This document shows positions 34,520 through 47,350 of a DNA stretch of 64,000 nucleotides, piece after piece. The notes beneath the pieces are model-generated. The model had not been told where the DNA came from and did no database searches. It saw only the letters and a program-made list of their open reading frames with translations. The position numbers and the translations under genes were made by a program. The stretch's first letter is position 1. Every line of letters begins with the position of its first letter. The stretch is from assembly GCA_965649825.1 (NCBI GenBank), contig OZ287716.1, positions 175,797 to 239,796 of the forward strand. Direction: 5' to 3'. The DNA comes from Penicillus capitatus. Taxonomy: Eukaryota > Plantae > Chlorophyta.

Positions 34520-35299
34520 AGCCGTATTCGAATCTGCTCTGCATCAATCGAACGCACTTGTCGAGTGATCATCCACTCATTCACAAGAACTTCAGAGGAG
34601 AAGCTAAGAAGGGATTTTAAAAAACGCATCTTCCAACCAAGAACAATTTCCACAAGAGCGAGCGAGATGGACTGTACGGTATCGCACAGTTGCCAATGCA
34701 GAATTAACTGCGGTTTTGGTAAGTTCGAAGCCATCGACAGGCACAGTTATCGACTGGGTGCTTAGGATTTCCTTCATTACTAGCACGACTAGTGAAAGGA
34801 AAAAAGCGACGCTATGTCGATGCTGCCACACAAACAGATGAAGATCTGATCGAAGTGCTTGTCGCTAAGAGATGGGTATCGCCACTCTCTGCATCACCAT
34901 CTGGTATCTGACGGATGTTCATCTTCAGGGAGAAAGAGTAAGTGGCACTCAGAGGTCAGAACGAGTTGCGCCACCTCCACCACCCCCAGAAAGAAAAAAA
35001 GGAATGCATTCTTCGCAAATTGGACAAGAAGGTAAACAGAGGGTCGGCCCATTCGCTCCAACCGTCGAAGAGCTGGTTCAATGCAGAGCGGCACTGCGAC
35101 CCGTCGCCCGAAAACTGTAATCTCCCCCTTTCTCTCTCTTCTCTTTGAGTCGTGTCTCTTTTGTAGGACATCCAGTGGAAGCATGCCGCCGCCGACGCCT
35201 CCACCAAGATCTCAACAACTACCAAAATCGGTTTCGTTGCCTGACAATAACTCTCCCACATCAATAACTACGCCTGGAGATAGCCGGCAATTGGATTAA
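34520..35299 (+). CDS. Orphan spliced gene with a TQT motif, a poly-Pro tract and a WH2-like motif; 5' end uncertain
   Basis: Exons ..RRYVDAATQTDEDLIEVLVAKRW | GERV..PPPPPPERKK..APTVEELVQCRAALRPVARKL | TSSGSMPPPTPPPR..QLD* join in phase through two ~50-bp GT-AG introns. Confidence 0.5.
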
Positions 35300-36073
35300 C
35301 AACGATATCTCCATCGCTTTTCCGTTTTTTAGTGGTAGAGTTATTCTTCCTGACGTTTGGCGATTGAACAGAGAGATCCAATGATGAAGCGCATGATCCC
35401 ATATAGTCATCACATGACGAGTTTCCAAGGACCTATGTACGTTGTGTCTATCGGTAGAACCGCACCCTCGAAGCGATCGTTTACGATCATCTCCAAGCGG
35501 CTTCTGATTCAACTGAAGAAGGGTCTTGTCTGTCGGTTGTCGGATATGATTTATGGGTGAGGCATCTGGAAAAAACCACAAAGACGTATGCCAAGTGCAT
35601 CCAAAGACAATAAGTGTCTTACCCTTAAATGCGCTCGAAGGTTAGAAGCGTGGCATGTCTCTTATGTCAAAACATAACCATTGGACCATAAGCGACCTAT
35701 TTCATCATCATTAGACAACGGCAATGCCTATGTTTCTCGCCCCCCTGGGCATATTTCATGATCTGTTTATATGCCAACTCAATCTAAAGATGGGCTATTA
35801 AAGCGCTCTTTCGTTTCACTTGCTCAGTGGAGAAGAGGATTCTTTGTAATGGACAAGCATTGACTAGAACGAATTCTGTGCTGTGCTTACGATATGGTTT
35901 CAAGCTCACAGAGCTCTGTTTTCATTTACTACTAACCTGAGTAGCAGTGCACTACTTGCCTCGGATTCACGGGGGTTCTTTATAAACTGTGAGAAGTCAG
36001 GGTAGCAAATTACTGTATCAAGTACGTTAACGGGTGAAAGGCCTATTCCCCTGATGTTAATCAGTTGTGTATA

Positions 36074-37357
36074 TCACGCCTGGCTTCCCTCGCTGTCCTT
36101 TTTACTTTCTTTCGAACAGGAACCCGAATCGATCTCTTTCTTGCGCTTCTGAGGGCGGAACATAGATTCAAGCGTTCGCTGCTTCTTGAACTTCACGGAT
36201 GAAGAGAGAAGACAGGGACGATGTGCTGCAATCGTCGTGATGCCTTCCAACTCGATCAATAGAGCCTTGTGATCACTCCTGGTATGACAACGTCCTGCTT
36301 GTACTCGCACTCTTCCAGACATAGCGCTTACCATTTCTTAGGTGTATCAATGACGTCACAGGAGACGACTCTCTGCATGACTTGACTCGATGCCAAAGCA
36401 TAGTCGATTCTCAGTCCCTACAGTGAACAAGGCTTGCCTCATGGTGGAGAAGGGAAGATGGACTTTGTTGCTCTCTCGGTAGCTCCTCTTTTCATTGAAG
36501 ACGGTAAAAGTGTCATCTTCGTGTGGGTGGAGAACTCTCCAGATATCAGCGTGATTGTGTAAGAGCGCTTGGAAAGAGGAAATCTCTTCGTGCGAATAGA
36601 TGTCTTCCAGTTTGAAAATCGGGTGGAGATCCGATGCGCTTACGGCAACATTGAAGTCTCCGACCACCAGCACGGAACGATTTTCTTCTTTTAAGGACAG
36701 GAGTTTTTGGTTGAGTCTGTGAAGGAAACGCAGCTTCGTGTCAAGTCTCGGTCGCTCAGGAGGATCTCCTGCATTTGGGACATAGACATTGATCAGGACA
36801 AAAGCATCCAAATCTGTCAAGACAATTCTGCAACGCACAGATAACGTCAAGAAAACCACTTTCATGGATTTCGTGGCACTCCACCTGCCTTCTTTGTCAA
36901 AGTCTTCCGTTCCATTTCCCAAAAAATCGATCGCCGCATTCACAGGTGAGTAATCTCGCGCCACCCAGGTGCAGACACCACTGTAACCTTTTCGGGACTG
37001 AGAACAGGCCCAGAAAGACTACACAGTACAGATACAGATATTGAGCGGCAAAGGGCGAAGTGTTGGTCACGCACCTCATAGCCTTCCACGCAGGCGATCT
37101 GTCTATCGATCTTGTCTGTTTGTTGTTTTGTTTCCTGCATCAAGGCGCAGTCCATGAACTGTTGTCCCGGCATCACGACGGCGGCACTTGAAAACAAATG
37201 ACATCGACGCTATACTTTCTGAAAAATCCTCCCAAGCTGCCGTGCTCCAAGACGATATTGCGCAGTGTGGGTCCCTATGGACAGTACTTCTAAGATCTAT
37301 AGGTTTGCGACAGAAGCAACCGACCAGACCATTGACGTTCCATACAAAAAGACGCAT
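36074..37357 (-). CDS. APE2: Exonuclease III-family AP endonuclease (APE2-like), multi-exon
   Basis: MRLFVWNVNG; VICFQ|ETK; KGYSGV; LINVYVPNAG; VVGDFN; RIDY; SDH; PIP-box-like QRTLESMF near the C-terminus. Confidence 0.85.
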
Positions 37358-37952
37358 TCCGAGCAGCCTATGTAGATATCGCCGATGATAAGACGTCTTG
37401 TATCGGCGTTGAGGATATCGACAGAATGGGCGATGATAATCTTTGCTGTCGAGATCTGACGAAGGAAAACAGTAACGAATCACGGCAAGATACATCTATC
37501 TGTTGGCCTACATCAGCCGGAATATCCGGAATCCCATTGGTGCATCAACGTTGAGTCCAGTACGCATACTTTGCATGTACGTCATCTATCCTTTGGTATC
37601 TCCTCGTTGGACACATTGACAGCACTTGTCTCAAACAAGGCACGTCAAGATACGACCGAGACGTCCTTGAAACAGTTGCTGGATGATGATGATGCCGTGA
37701 AGTTCCTGTTGGACGATTTCGTCTACCGTTTTCTGAATGCAGACAATTGAGCAATGCATAAATTGTGTTGGTGCAAGGGCACTCTGAACAGAATATACAC
37801 CGAGACAACCCGCATCCGACGGCGTCTTTTCTCAGGACGGATTCGCAGGAAAAGTGGGAAGACTTACATAAGACCATCGATTGAGTGTTTTGCCTTATCA
37901 GATCTTGCCGAGAAAAATGTAAATGTTTGTCGCATGCTGTCGTTGTGCATCT

Positions 37953-39109
37953 TCACGTAACGAGGACTGGAGGAACCGTGAAGATCTCGTTAAACTTGGA
38001 CTCGCCGTTGCAAATCTGGTAGACTTTGTCTCGTTTCACCGAACTGATGAGGACACTGCCTGAGCAACTGCGTTCGAGATTATCATAGCCTTCCGCCACC
38101 GCCTCCTTGCGAGAGAAAAGATACTCGCCCTCGCACTCGAAGTTCACACCGAAGGAGGTCCATTTGCCATCGCAGACAGTCATGCGTGTTGCCACCTTAT
38201 CATCTTCTGACGCTTCAAACAGTCCACGACATGTTTTTGTCCATTCCGATGGCTTTCCATTGCACTGGACAATTGCCTTCTTGCCGTACGCTGCCAAACA
38301 GGGACACAGGTTTCTAACCGAGATGTATACTGGAATGGCTTACAAGGCTTAGCGGTCTCGAGCAGGGCACTGGGAGCATCGGATGTTGCTTTGTTGGCGA
38401 TGGCAGTAAAGGCAGAGCCCTCACACAATGTGACCACCTGCGTCTTGCCAAGCTTCTTGCCTTTCGGATCCTCGCATTCGGTGACGTCCATGACAAAGCG
38501 CGAGGCACACTGTTTTTCGAAGAACATGTCTGTCACCCACAAGGTGTTTGCCGGTTCTTTGTGTTCCAAACGCATCGTCAGCGATGTCAAACCACGACAT
38601 GCTTGAGTGGTGTCAAAACAACCGTCCTCAATCGCAGTGTCATTGACGAAACGCCCTTCACATGTGCGTTCGTAGACCTCCACTTGCTGATGGCCCGAAG
38701 AATCATCGCTTTCAGTGATGGTCAAGCAGTTCACCTGACAAACCACAACCGTCTGTGAGAACGAGAAATGCATGATTCTCGATAGCTACTTCGGTGCGGC
38801 CAACGCAAACCGATGTCTTCATGGATTTGCCGTTGCAGTAGACTTTGCATTCCGTGACGTCGCGGTATTGGATGGATTCCTGATTGCTCGATGTTAATTT
38901 TCGCACAGGTGCCATGGCCAAAGTGCGGAGTCCTTTGAAAACGAACGCTTCCTGGGATGCGGCGCCTTCAATCACTGCCGCCGCCGTCACTCCATACCCT
39001 AAACGAGGCAACCGACATTTGTCGACTCGGATATAACGAATGCAGTACAGAATCACCCACCGCCCAGGCACAAGGACAACGTAAACAGAAGACGGTATGT
39101 TCGATCCAT
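37953..39109 (-). CDS. Secreted Cys-x-Gly-repeat orphan protein B, multi-exon
   Basis: Signal peptide MDRTYRLLFTLSLCLG|GYGVTA. About 11 CxG motifs: YCNG, VCVG, TCEG, ACRG, LCEG, QCNG, TCRG, VCDG, ECEG, SCSG, ICNG. Confidence 0.7.
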
Positions 39110-39569
39110 TCGTATGGTCGAAGTGCACAAAGTTAAACGGTTAGCGTAAAGTTCAGCGAGAGGTGAACGTGCTGTCAGATCATCTGCCATGCCGATACGC
39201 GTACATTGATCTTTCCATCCATCTCACGCCACATCTTATCGCCGAATGAGATACTTCATATCAAAGTCTATAAGAGATCTCTCTCACACACGAGCACGAG
39301 AAGACTGCTCAGGTGAGATCACAGGATCTCATTCTAACGACCGTCAACAAAAATATCCCACAAAACCCTGTCATCTCCTTCAATCAGATCTTCACAATTG
39401 CACGGAAGGATCTCTACTCTCAGATAGGTAAGATCTGCAACTTGCTTCGTCACAGATAAGCGGGGGAGCACTCGGAGAGAGCTCAATATAATGAATTCAG
39501 ATAGATATCAAATAGTTTAGAGACTCAAACAAAGCCACTGTGATGTACGTGGACTCTGCTGCTCTGTCT

Positions 39570-40839
39570 CTAGAGTTGCCAGCTTGGTAAAGGCGAAAAT
39601 ATCGTCGATCGAACACCTGTCTCCGTGCAGTTGTTCCAGGATCCAGCCCATTCTCTTCCTTCGTCATCTTTCCAGTACAATGGGATAAACGTGTTCTCTC
39701 CGCCACAGAAAGTGCTTCGGACATGTCTCGTCGCGTTGCCCAAACGCACTTGTTCCCCGGAAAGATTTCCAACACAGGTGTATTCCTTCTTTTCATGCTC
39801 TTTGTTCCAATCTTCTCTCCAATGACCACTGCACTTGCAGGTGACTAGATCATTGCCGACTTGCGTCATGCTCAGCAGGAGTCCATTACACTTTTGATCG
39901 AATTTTTGAGTCTCTCCATTGCAAGAAAGAGTGATCGGGATAGGGTGTGTTTTGAAGAGGTCAGTCGTTTTAGACATCTTGGGCTCGCAACCGGGGAATA
40001 TCATGTATGAATAAAAGACTCCCAGAATGTCAATGGTATTTAGAAGACGTCCAGATTCGGAGCAACTGCCCATGTCTACTTTCAAAAAAATCCCACCGGT
40101 TGCGGACACTGCCCTGACCAAATCATCTACAACCACAGCACCCTTCGACCTCCTTCTATTCATCGATCGTCCACCTTTTGTCGAATATTGAACTTTGACG
40201 ATTTCTGTTCCATTACAAACAGAGTTCTGAAAAAACTCCGATCCTGTTTTGCCTTCGATATGTCTATCGTCGTTTGTAACCGACGAAAAAGATCCCGAAC
40301 AAGTATACTCGAAAATAAACACGATCTGCTTCCCATCATTCGGAATTTCGGTATGCACCATTGTTCTCATGTAGATCTTATCCACACATTTCAAGTGTGT
40401 CTGTATGCCGTCTGTAGAATGGATTGAGGTGTTCTCGAACTTGTTTAGACAGGTCAGGACCACACTCGTATTCATCTCCACGCCTTTGTACGGGGTCAGT
40501 TGCCGCTCACAATTCAACTAAAGACACAAGCGTTTCGTTTTGGGCAATTCAGACGTGCCGAGAGCTTTGCCGTCATGTTGCCAGAGCACGTGCCCGTTCC
40601 GACACCGAAATTGTTTCCGTCGCAGGTGTGAGAGCAAGCCTCTTCGACATCCTGCAATTCCCGGCCTTCCTTTCGATTCTCACGAGACCTGTGCAGATCT
40701 GTGACTTCCATTGCGACGGCGACGCCACTCCATAGCAGCACTGAACAACAACCATGCTGCACGCAGCGGTACAATGGCCTCGTCACTTACGCAGGAGCAA
40801 CAGTGTGTTGTGTGTGTTTATGCATGGCTTTTGTGTCAT
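39570..40839 (-). CDS. Secreted Cys-x-Gly-repeat orphan protein A, 3 exons
   Basis: MTQKPCINTHNTLLLL|LLLWSGVAVA is joined through a 50-bp GTAAGT..CAG intron. RELQ propeptide-like site. Motifs TCDG, TCSG (x2), VCNG, SCNG, KCNG, KCSG, TCVG, FCGG. Several N-x-S/T sequons. Confidence 0.7.
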
Positions 40840-40953
40840 GGTCTTGCGTCTGTTTACGCTGCTTGGCGAAAAGGAACGACAAGACACAATGTTTAAGTCA
40901 GCATCGGCTATCCGCCAGCGCGCCGTCATCGTGACGGCGTTGTCGTACACATC

Positions 40954-42263
40954 ATGCCACGGTGCGTAAAGGATGCGACGCTCGGTTCACTGTTGCGCCT
41001 TCTGCCACAGTGGCGCCAGGTTGGAGTTATCATCTCGCTGGGAAGATGACGATGACGTTGTCTAGTTGGGCGAGGGAGAGTTTGAAGCCACACGAATGGA
41101 GGCCTCGTTTACCAATCGTGTGGAGAGGGTTGACGTCAATGAGGAAGGCGTGGTGCCGTCGTCGGTACTGATCCGAAGGTATGGCGAAACGGCTGGTCTG
41201 TTCCGTCGTGACGCCGACCTCTGGAACTATCGCCTCGTTCACAGCGTCGGACTGGCACCAAAACTGTTGGCGATCTTTGAGGGTGGACGCATAGAGGAGT
41301 TCCTCCAAGATGTCATCACACTGAAGGCCTCAGACACGTGGGATTCCGGCACCTCTCAGGCGATTGCCGAACACATGGCACGCTTTCATTTCATGACGGT
41401 TCTTGTGTCTCATTTGCAAGGGTTTTGAGACATGGACACGGTATGTTTGTAGTCAGCTCAAATGTACATTAAGAGAGAGGAAGCTGCTGAGAAGCTGACG
41501 TCGGTATGGAGTCGATGTCACGATTGGTTCAACTTATCGTGGTCCGTCAATCCTCAGTTGACGCGACGGCTCGGTATCCCTTTGAAACTCCCAAAGGCAC
41601 ATTTCCATTTCCACGTCATCGACGGACGACGCCATTCTGTAGATGTGGGATGTAGAGCGATCACCTGATGCCTTTCGAGGACACCTGTGCTTCTGTCACA
41701 GCGATCTGCAGCCCGCAAACATTTTGGTGGATGAGATTCAGGAGAAGGTGCACTTCATTGATTATGAATATGCCTGCCTGGGATTCATTGAGTATGATAT
41801 TGCATACCATTGGTGTGAGTGGTGCTCGGATTATTGTTCGGCAACACCACATATCTTCCTCCCAGGCAATTTTCCATCTGTCCAGCAGCAGCATCAATTC
41901 ATTCGGCATTACTTGAAAGCGATGGCACAGATCTGCCATCATCCCCCTCCGTTAGGACGGCGCTTTGTCGACTGTCTTCATTTGGCAGCAAAAGAAAAAG
42001 ACACTGTTTCTGGAGAGAAGCTTGATATCGATTCTCTACCGCATTCATGGAAACGGTTCCTGAATATGGAAGATGAGATATCGGAGAGTGATATCGAAGA
42101 AATCAGAAAACGTGTACTGGGCTACGTGCCACTCGCGCATTTTCTAATATCCTTGTGGTCGATCGTCGAAGGAGGGAACACAGAATTCGTATTGGATTTT
42201 GACTTTGAGGGCTATGCCGAGCAACGCTTGTCTTTGTATCGGTCATGGACAAAGAATGGATGA
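40954..42263 (+). CDS. Choline/ethanolamine kinase, multi-exon
   Basis: VLIRRYG...GLAPKLLAIFEGGRIEEFL; Brenner motif CHSDLQPANIL; IDYEYA...YDIAYHWCEW; HFLISLWSIVE...FDFEGYAEQRL. Confidence 0.88.
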
Positions 42264-42685
42264 TGGCACTCTAGAAGCCACAAACTTGGGAAGTGGATAA
42301 GAGATGTATATAACAAGCAGAACGGCCAAAACAGTGTAGCTATAGGGATTCAATTCCCTGTCCTTGACAGAGTGCTCTGCACAGCAAAATGTACAACAAA
42401 AGAAAGAACAAAGAGTGACGACGTCTGCGGTCTTTGGACAATGAAATGATGCGGTTTATTGAAACGCACGACGAATGCACAATCTTATGAACGACTTAGC
42501 ACTGGCCTCTATTTGACAGACAGCATGCTAGAGCATGAACTCTCTGGATACCCGCTTATGTGATTAAAGAGACAAGGGCCGCGTCATCTGGCATTATTCC
42601 TGTGAAGGGACGGACGGATGACGGATAAAACAATGACTCACTCGCCCGGGAACACGCACTCCCCTCTATCCAGTCGGAGCATGGT

Positions 42686-44362
42686 TCACCCAGGCATCGC
42701 GTCTAAAGCTGCGCCCTGTGCCTTCTTCCATCTCATACTAGGGACAGACAGTAGCGACGCTTCTTCAGGAGGGAGGTGTTTGGAAGCGGAGGATATGACT
42801 TTGATGGGACCTTCTGGATGACGCAAGATAGGTGCTCTGCCGGAGCTCTTCCTCTGCAGCATGCTCTGAGAAGGTTGGTAGTGTCCCGCACCTCTTGGTG
42901 ACAGGGGCTGGTGCTCAGAAGGCGGAGGTGGAAGCGGATATTCCCATTCTGTATTTTCGGCATATCGAGGACGATAGCTCCCACGAAAGGGCCGATGTCC
43001 ATCCGATCTGTACTCTAGTGAAGCAAAGACGCTTTCAGGCACGATCTCCATTCCATTGCTGGTCGGCGAGTATCGCACAGCAGGAACAGCCGGTTCTGCT
43101 CGAGGACTCATTGCAGTACCCATACGGCGACTCCTTGGAGTGCCCATGAATTCTAACCCATCAGTTGGCACTACAGACAAAGAGACAGCACACTAAGTCA
43201 TACAGCAGATGACCTGAAGGGCAGCTTTACAGTGGTGATCATATGTACGATGAGATTGAGGGAAAGATGTTGAGGCGTAAAGCTGCTGTGCTGCAGGCGG
43301 TCGCTGTCGTTCGGACGATGAGAAGATCGGCGGACCATCTCGTCGTTTATCGCGCATCAGCAAGACGTGAATGAACAGGGTGTAGGGTGGATCTCTGACG
43401 GTATCGAAGATCACATCCGATGACGTACTCTGTCACATCATCGCCTCACTCTCCTGATCATCGCGTCATCCAATCACTCTACCTTTATCTTGAAACCTTC
43501 TGCCATTTTTATTGCAAGAGCGTAGTTCACGCGATCCAACAGCTCTTGAATTCGATCCTGTATAACCCAACCGTCGCATGTAAGGAAGACAGGAGGAGAA
43601 CAGATAGCCATGCCTCTGTAAAGTGACATTGATTGCTGGCAATGGAATGAAAGATCACATCGCATTCCTTTTCTACTGAAGGCAGGTCTTCGCGCACAAT
43701 GACGCTGGACGTCGAATCGGCGTCGTCATCTGCCTTCTCTCTACGTTCTCTGTCCTCCATCTCCTTCACGGCACAGCGTTTGCAACAGAACAGGCAGAGG
43801 TATGGAGTACTTGAAGACGACTTTGGATTTGGGACACCAGTTCTGGAAGTCGATAGAACGTCGCTTCTCTTTTGAGAGCCTTGAGTTTCGAAATTTCACA
43901 CGGCAATTCGACGGTCTCGACATCTCGATGGGCATATCCTCGTAAATACTCTAGCACGTATCCAAACAGCTGCCACATGAAATGCCTGTATCCCTCTGCG
44001 ACAACGACACTTGAGCGATGCCTACCTCTCCATGACGGTCGACAAAGAGATGGCCTTCAGATGTCTTGATCGATTCCAGATGGCCATCCAACATGAGTGA
44101 AAAGTACGAGGACTCCACACTCCTGAGCGTATGCTGTGTCGTTCTGTACATTGCCCCACCAACATTCAAAACGACGGTGACATCGGTTATTGCATGGTCG
44201 AGCCCGTTGGATGAAGGAGGACGCGTCTGTGATCGAGACGTGCCACTGCTATACCTCCCAGACGTATTTGCGGTGATCCGTCCTCTCGAACTCCCTCTAC
44301 ACGCCGCCGTCTGCGTTGAGTGTAACGACTGGGTCTCGCTTACCCTGAGCTCGTAGTGTCAT
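42686..44362 (-). CDS. BTB/POZ (KCTD-type) domain protein, multi-exon; 3' exon assignment uncertain
   Basis: VVLNVGGAMYRTTQHTL...SYFSLML...LFVDRHGE|LFGYVLEYLR...LKREATFYRLPELV is a canonical KCTD-type BTB domain. Confidence 0.8.
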
Positions 44363-44631
44363 TTGTCCCGCGTTCCGGTGTTGCGTGACGTGGTGACTTC
44401 AAAGACTTGACTTGCGCTCTCAGCTGCTCAATGAGCTCGGCGTCCGCCATTGCACTGCTCAAAATCGAGGACTGTCGTCGAAAGGAATGAAAAGAGACGC
44501 GACGAAAAATACAACAGGGTCAAGCGGGAAGAGCCGATGGATGGATGGAGACGGGTCGGTGGCAGTCAGGCCAAAACCGTTTTGTCGACCCACTCTGTTT
44601 TTGTTCCCCGTGTTGTCGTACAACGACAGCG

Positions 44632-46203
44632 ATGGCTGAAGACGAGGACAAGAACCGCCCTGTACACCGGCCATCTCTCAAAGACAAGACGCGCAGTGCA
44701 CAGAATCGGAGTATCGAAGAGAGACGACGCATCTCTGAGTCGCTCTGTCGACGACACCGAGGTGCCGCATTGAACGCGCGACGAAAACAGAAACTCCTGG
44801 AGTTGCAGAAGGACGCCGAAGATGGCGCTCCGATAATTTTCAACGACGACGAAATGCGACTGGCGGTAGAGCAAGCGATAAAAGCCTTACAGGATTCCGT
44901 GGAGAAGGCGGAGCGACTCCGTCATGTGCGTTATCTACGTTATCTTCTAACCAACAGTGAGGATCCACCCTATGCCTATCTCACACAATTAGGAGCCCTC
45001 TCACTCTTTCTTGATGAATTGCGATCAGAAGATGGGGAAACTCGGTGCGAATCGCTATGGGCATTGGCCATGATGGCGGATGGCGATCTCACCAGTGTAC
45101 AGTTTCTCCTGCCAAAGGCCACTGTATTTGTTCCGTTTTTGGATGGCTCCTTGGGATTCGATGTGGCAGAATTGGCCGCATGGCTGTTTCGCAGTTTGGC
45201 ATCAGGAATGACCGATGATCATATTATGGCATCGCTCGATGTTGCTGGATCTCTGGCCCAGCTGATGTTTGCCTGTACCGATCTGGAAGCTTCAGTCGAT
45301 CCTCATGTCGTGGATGCATCGATGACAGCAGCATGGGCACTCTGCAGTCTGGTTGTGCATTCTGTGGCCTCTCGACAACGCCTCTTGGCCTTTCCTCAGT
45401 TCTCGACACGTGTCTCTGGACTGCTGGCTTCGAAGAATGGACGTGTCGTTATGGAAGCGGCTTGGCTGATTACCTACCTTGTCGCATCGGATGACGCACA
45501 TCTGGCAGCTCTCATTCAAGCCAATGTGGTACCGCAGTTCGTCCAAGTGTTAAAACTCTTCCTCGCAGAACGGGATCCAGATCTCAGTGTCGTCTACGGC
45601 GTTCTGACACCCGTGTTGCGGGGACTGGGAAACATCGCCGCCGGGATTTCGGCAGATCAAGTGCTGGAACTCATCCAACATGACGCTGGAGTGATCTTAA
45701 CTTGCCTCTCGGAATGTCTGTCCTGTGATCACAGAGGCATTCAGAAAGAAGCATGCAAGACGCTATCCAACATCTGTGCTGCCTGCGATGTCTGCAGCAT
45801 CGATATCTTCGTCAACAGCGCTGTGCTGAACAAGATCCTCTATCTGGTGGGCCAATCTGCGTTTGACATCAAAAGAGAAGCTGCCTTCGTTCTGGCCAAC
45901 ATCTGCTTCAACAGCGAGACGCCAAACATCGAATTTCTGAAGTTTTTGGTGAATGGGGAACATCCGTTGATCCCTGGCATTGTCTCTTTGATGCGTGGCA
46001 TCGATGTGGACACCATCAAACTTGGACTCGATTTTACAAACCTCATTCTCGAGAACATTGAAGACGGAGCTCACAGAATCGAAGAGGCCGATGGTATCGA
46101 TGCTCTGGACAACTTACAGTTTGGAGAGATCCCAGCTGATCTGCAGGATCTTGCAGCCTACCTAGTGGATACGTACTACGGCGAAGACTATGGATTTGAC
46201 TAA
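44632..46203 (+). CDS. IMPA9: Importin alpha (plant alpha-9-like), single exon
   Basis: IBB-like basic N-terminus (EERRR...RRHR...ARRK), ARM repeats (EAAWLITYL, LRGLGNI, IQKEACKTLSNI, IKREAAFVLANI), and C-terminal LVDTYYGEDYG typical of importin alpha-9. Confidence 0.85.
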   Translation: MAEDEDKNRPVHRPSLKDKTRSAQNRSIEERRRISESLCRRHRGAALNARRKQKLLELQKDAEDGAPIIFNDDEMRLAVEQAIKALQDSVEKAERLRHVRYLRYLLTNSEDPPYAYLTQLGALSLFLDELRSEDGETRCESLWALAMMADGDLTSVQFLLPKATVFVPFLDGSLGFDVAELAAWLFRSLASGMTDDHIMASLDVAGSLAQLMFACTDLEASVDPHVVDASMTAAWALCSLVVHSVASRQRLLAFPQFSTRVSGLLASKNGRVVMEAAWLITYLVASDDAHLAALIQANVVPQFVQVLKLFLAERDPDLSVVYGVLTPVLRGLGNIAAGISADQVLELIQHDAGVILTCLSECLSCDHRGIQKEACKTLSNICAACDVCSIDIFVNSAVLNKILYLVGQSAFDIKREAAFVLANICFNSETPNIEFLKFLVNGEHPLIPGIVSLMRGIDVDTIKLGLDFTNLILENIEDGAHRIEEADGIDALDNLQFGEIPADLQDLAAYLVDTYYGEDYGFD

Positions 46204-46268
46204 TCCACAAACACCCGCCCATCCATCCATACGTGTGTGCGTCCCGTCCGTCATACAATCGTGTTCCA

Positions 46269-47219
46269 TTAGGCACTGTCATTCAGTGCACAACAGGTGA
46301 TCCCTTTCAAGTGTCCTTTGTACGTTCGTATCGCTTTCTTTCGCATGAGATCCCACAGCTGCGCCGTTGTGTCTGTCGATGCGGTCACCAGAAATGCGGC
46401 ATCGACGGAGAACACACAGTCCCATACCCAACGTGCGTGTCCTCTCAATGTCCACAGCAAATCAAATCTGTCTCCTCGCAAATCCCACAGCTTCACTGTC
46501 TTGTCGCTTGATGTCGTGGCCAGTGTGTGGCCATTTGGACTGATCAATGCCTTGAGAATGAATTCACCTGGATGGGCATTGAGTTTGTGTCGGGGTTCGA
46601 ATCTCTGAGTAAAGGAACTGCTGCGGATCATTTTCCAGACGTAGCAGACGCCATTGTCGTTGGCAGCCACGAGCAGCGATCCATCCATGGCCACCGAGAG
46701 CGACCGAATCGGCGCGCCCACTTCCGGAACCAGCTCACACGTGACGCGTTCCTTAGCAATGTCCCATACTTGTACCATTCCGGACTGATCTCCCGAGATC
46801 AATTCGCCTTGATTGGGATGCAGGACGACGGTATTGACTGGAGCTTGGCAGGTCATCTGTCTCTGGCACCCAGGTGATCGCAGATCCCAGATCTTAATCG
46901 TCGAATCCTCGGATCCGGAATACATCCACTTGTTCTCTTTTTGAAATCCGATGGCAGTGACATTGTTTGCATGGTTCTCATATTGCATGATAGGTGGGGC
47001 TGGAGCTGCTTGGACATCGTACATGCGAATGGCAGGCGTCCGGATTCCGGGACGTCCGGCGGCGGCAAGGAGTTTCTTGTCCGACGTGATTTCGAGTTTG
47101 TTGACTTGGGAATCGGAATGCTGCAGAGCTTTGTAGCAATTCCCGCCAGTGGCGTCCCAGAAATTGATGGAGCTGTCATATCCACCCGTGGCTAAAATGA
47201 CGGCAGACATACGGTTCAA
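46269..47219 (-). CDS. LST8: TOR complex subunit LST8 (WD40), single exon
   Basis: VILATGGYDSSINFWDA...DSQVNKLEITSDKKLLAAAG...WMYSGSEDSTIKIWDLR...LHPNQGELISGDQSG...WVWDCVFSVDAAFLVTASTD. Confidence 0.96.
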   Translation of the reverse strand: MNRMSAVILATGGYDSSINFWDATGGNCYKALQHSDSQVNKLEITSDKKLLAAAGRPGIRTPAIRMYDVQAAPAPPIMQYENHANNVTAIGFQKENKWMYSGSEDSTIKIWDLRSPGCQRQMTCQAPVNTVVLHPNQGELISGDQSGMVQVWDIAKERVTCELVPEVGAPIRSLSVAMDGSLLVAANDNGVCYVWKMIRSSSFTQRFEPRHKLNAHPGEFILKALISPNGHTLATTSSDKTVKLWDLRGDRFDLLWTLRGHARWVWDCVFSVDAAFLVTASTDTTAQLWDLMRKKAIRTYKGHLKGITCCALNDSA

Positions 47220-47350
47220 TTGTTGGCGAGGTTCATGCAGCAGAGGGCGCCAACGTAAACGCAGTAACGACGAAAATCGATCATCGCGTCTGTCATTCTA
47301 GGATCGTCTCGAGCCATTACTGGAGCGGTTGGTACGTTTGTACCGAGAAC

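Noticed and set aside
37400-37760. Possible tiny plus-strand gene (..LKQLLDDDDAVKFLLDDFVYRFLNADN*) divergent from APE2
   Set aside because: Protein-like last exon, but no consistent start or upstream exon could be established.
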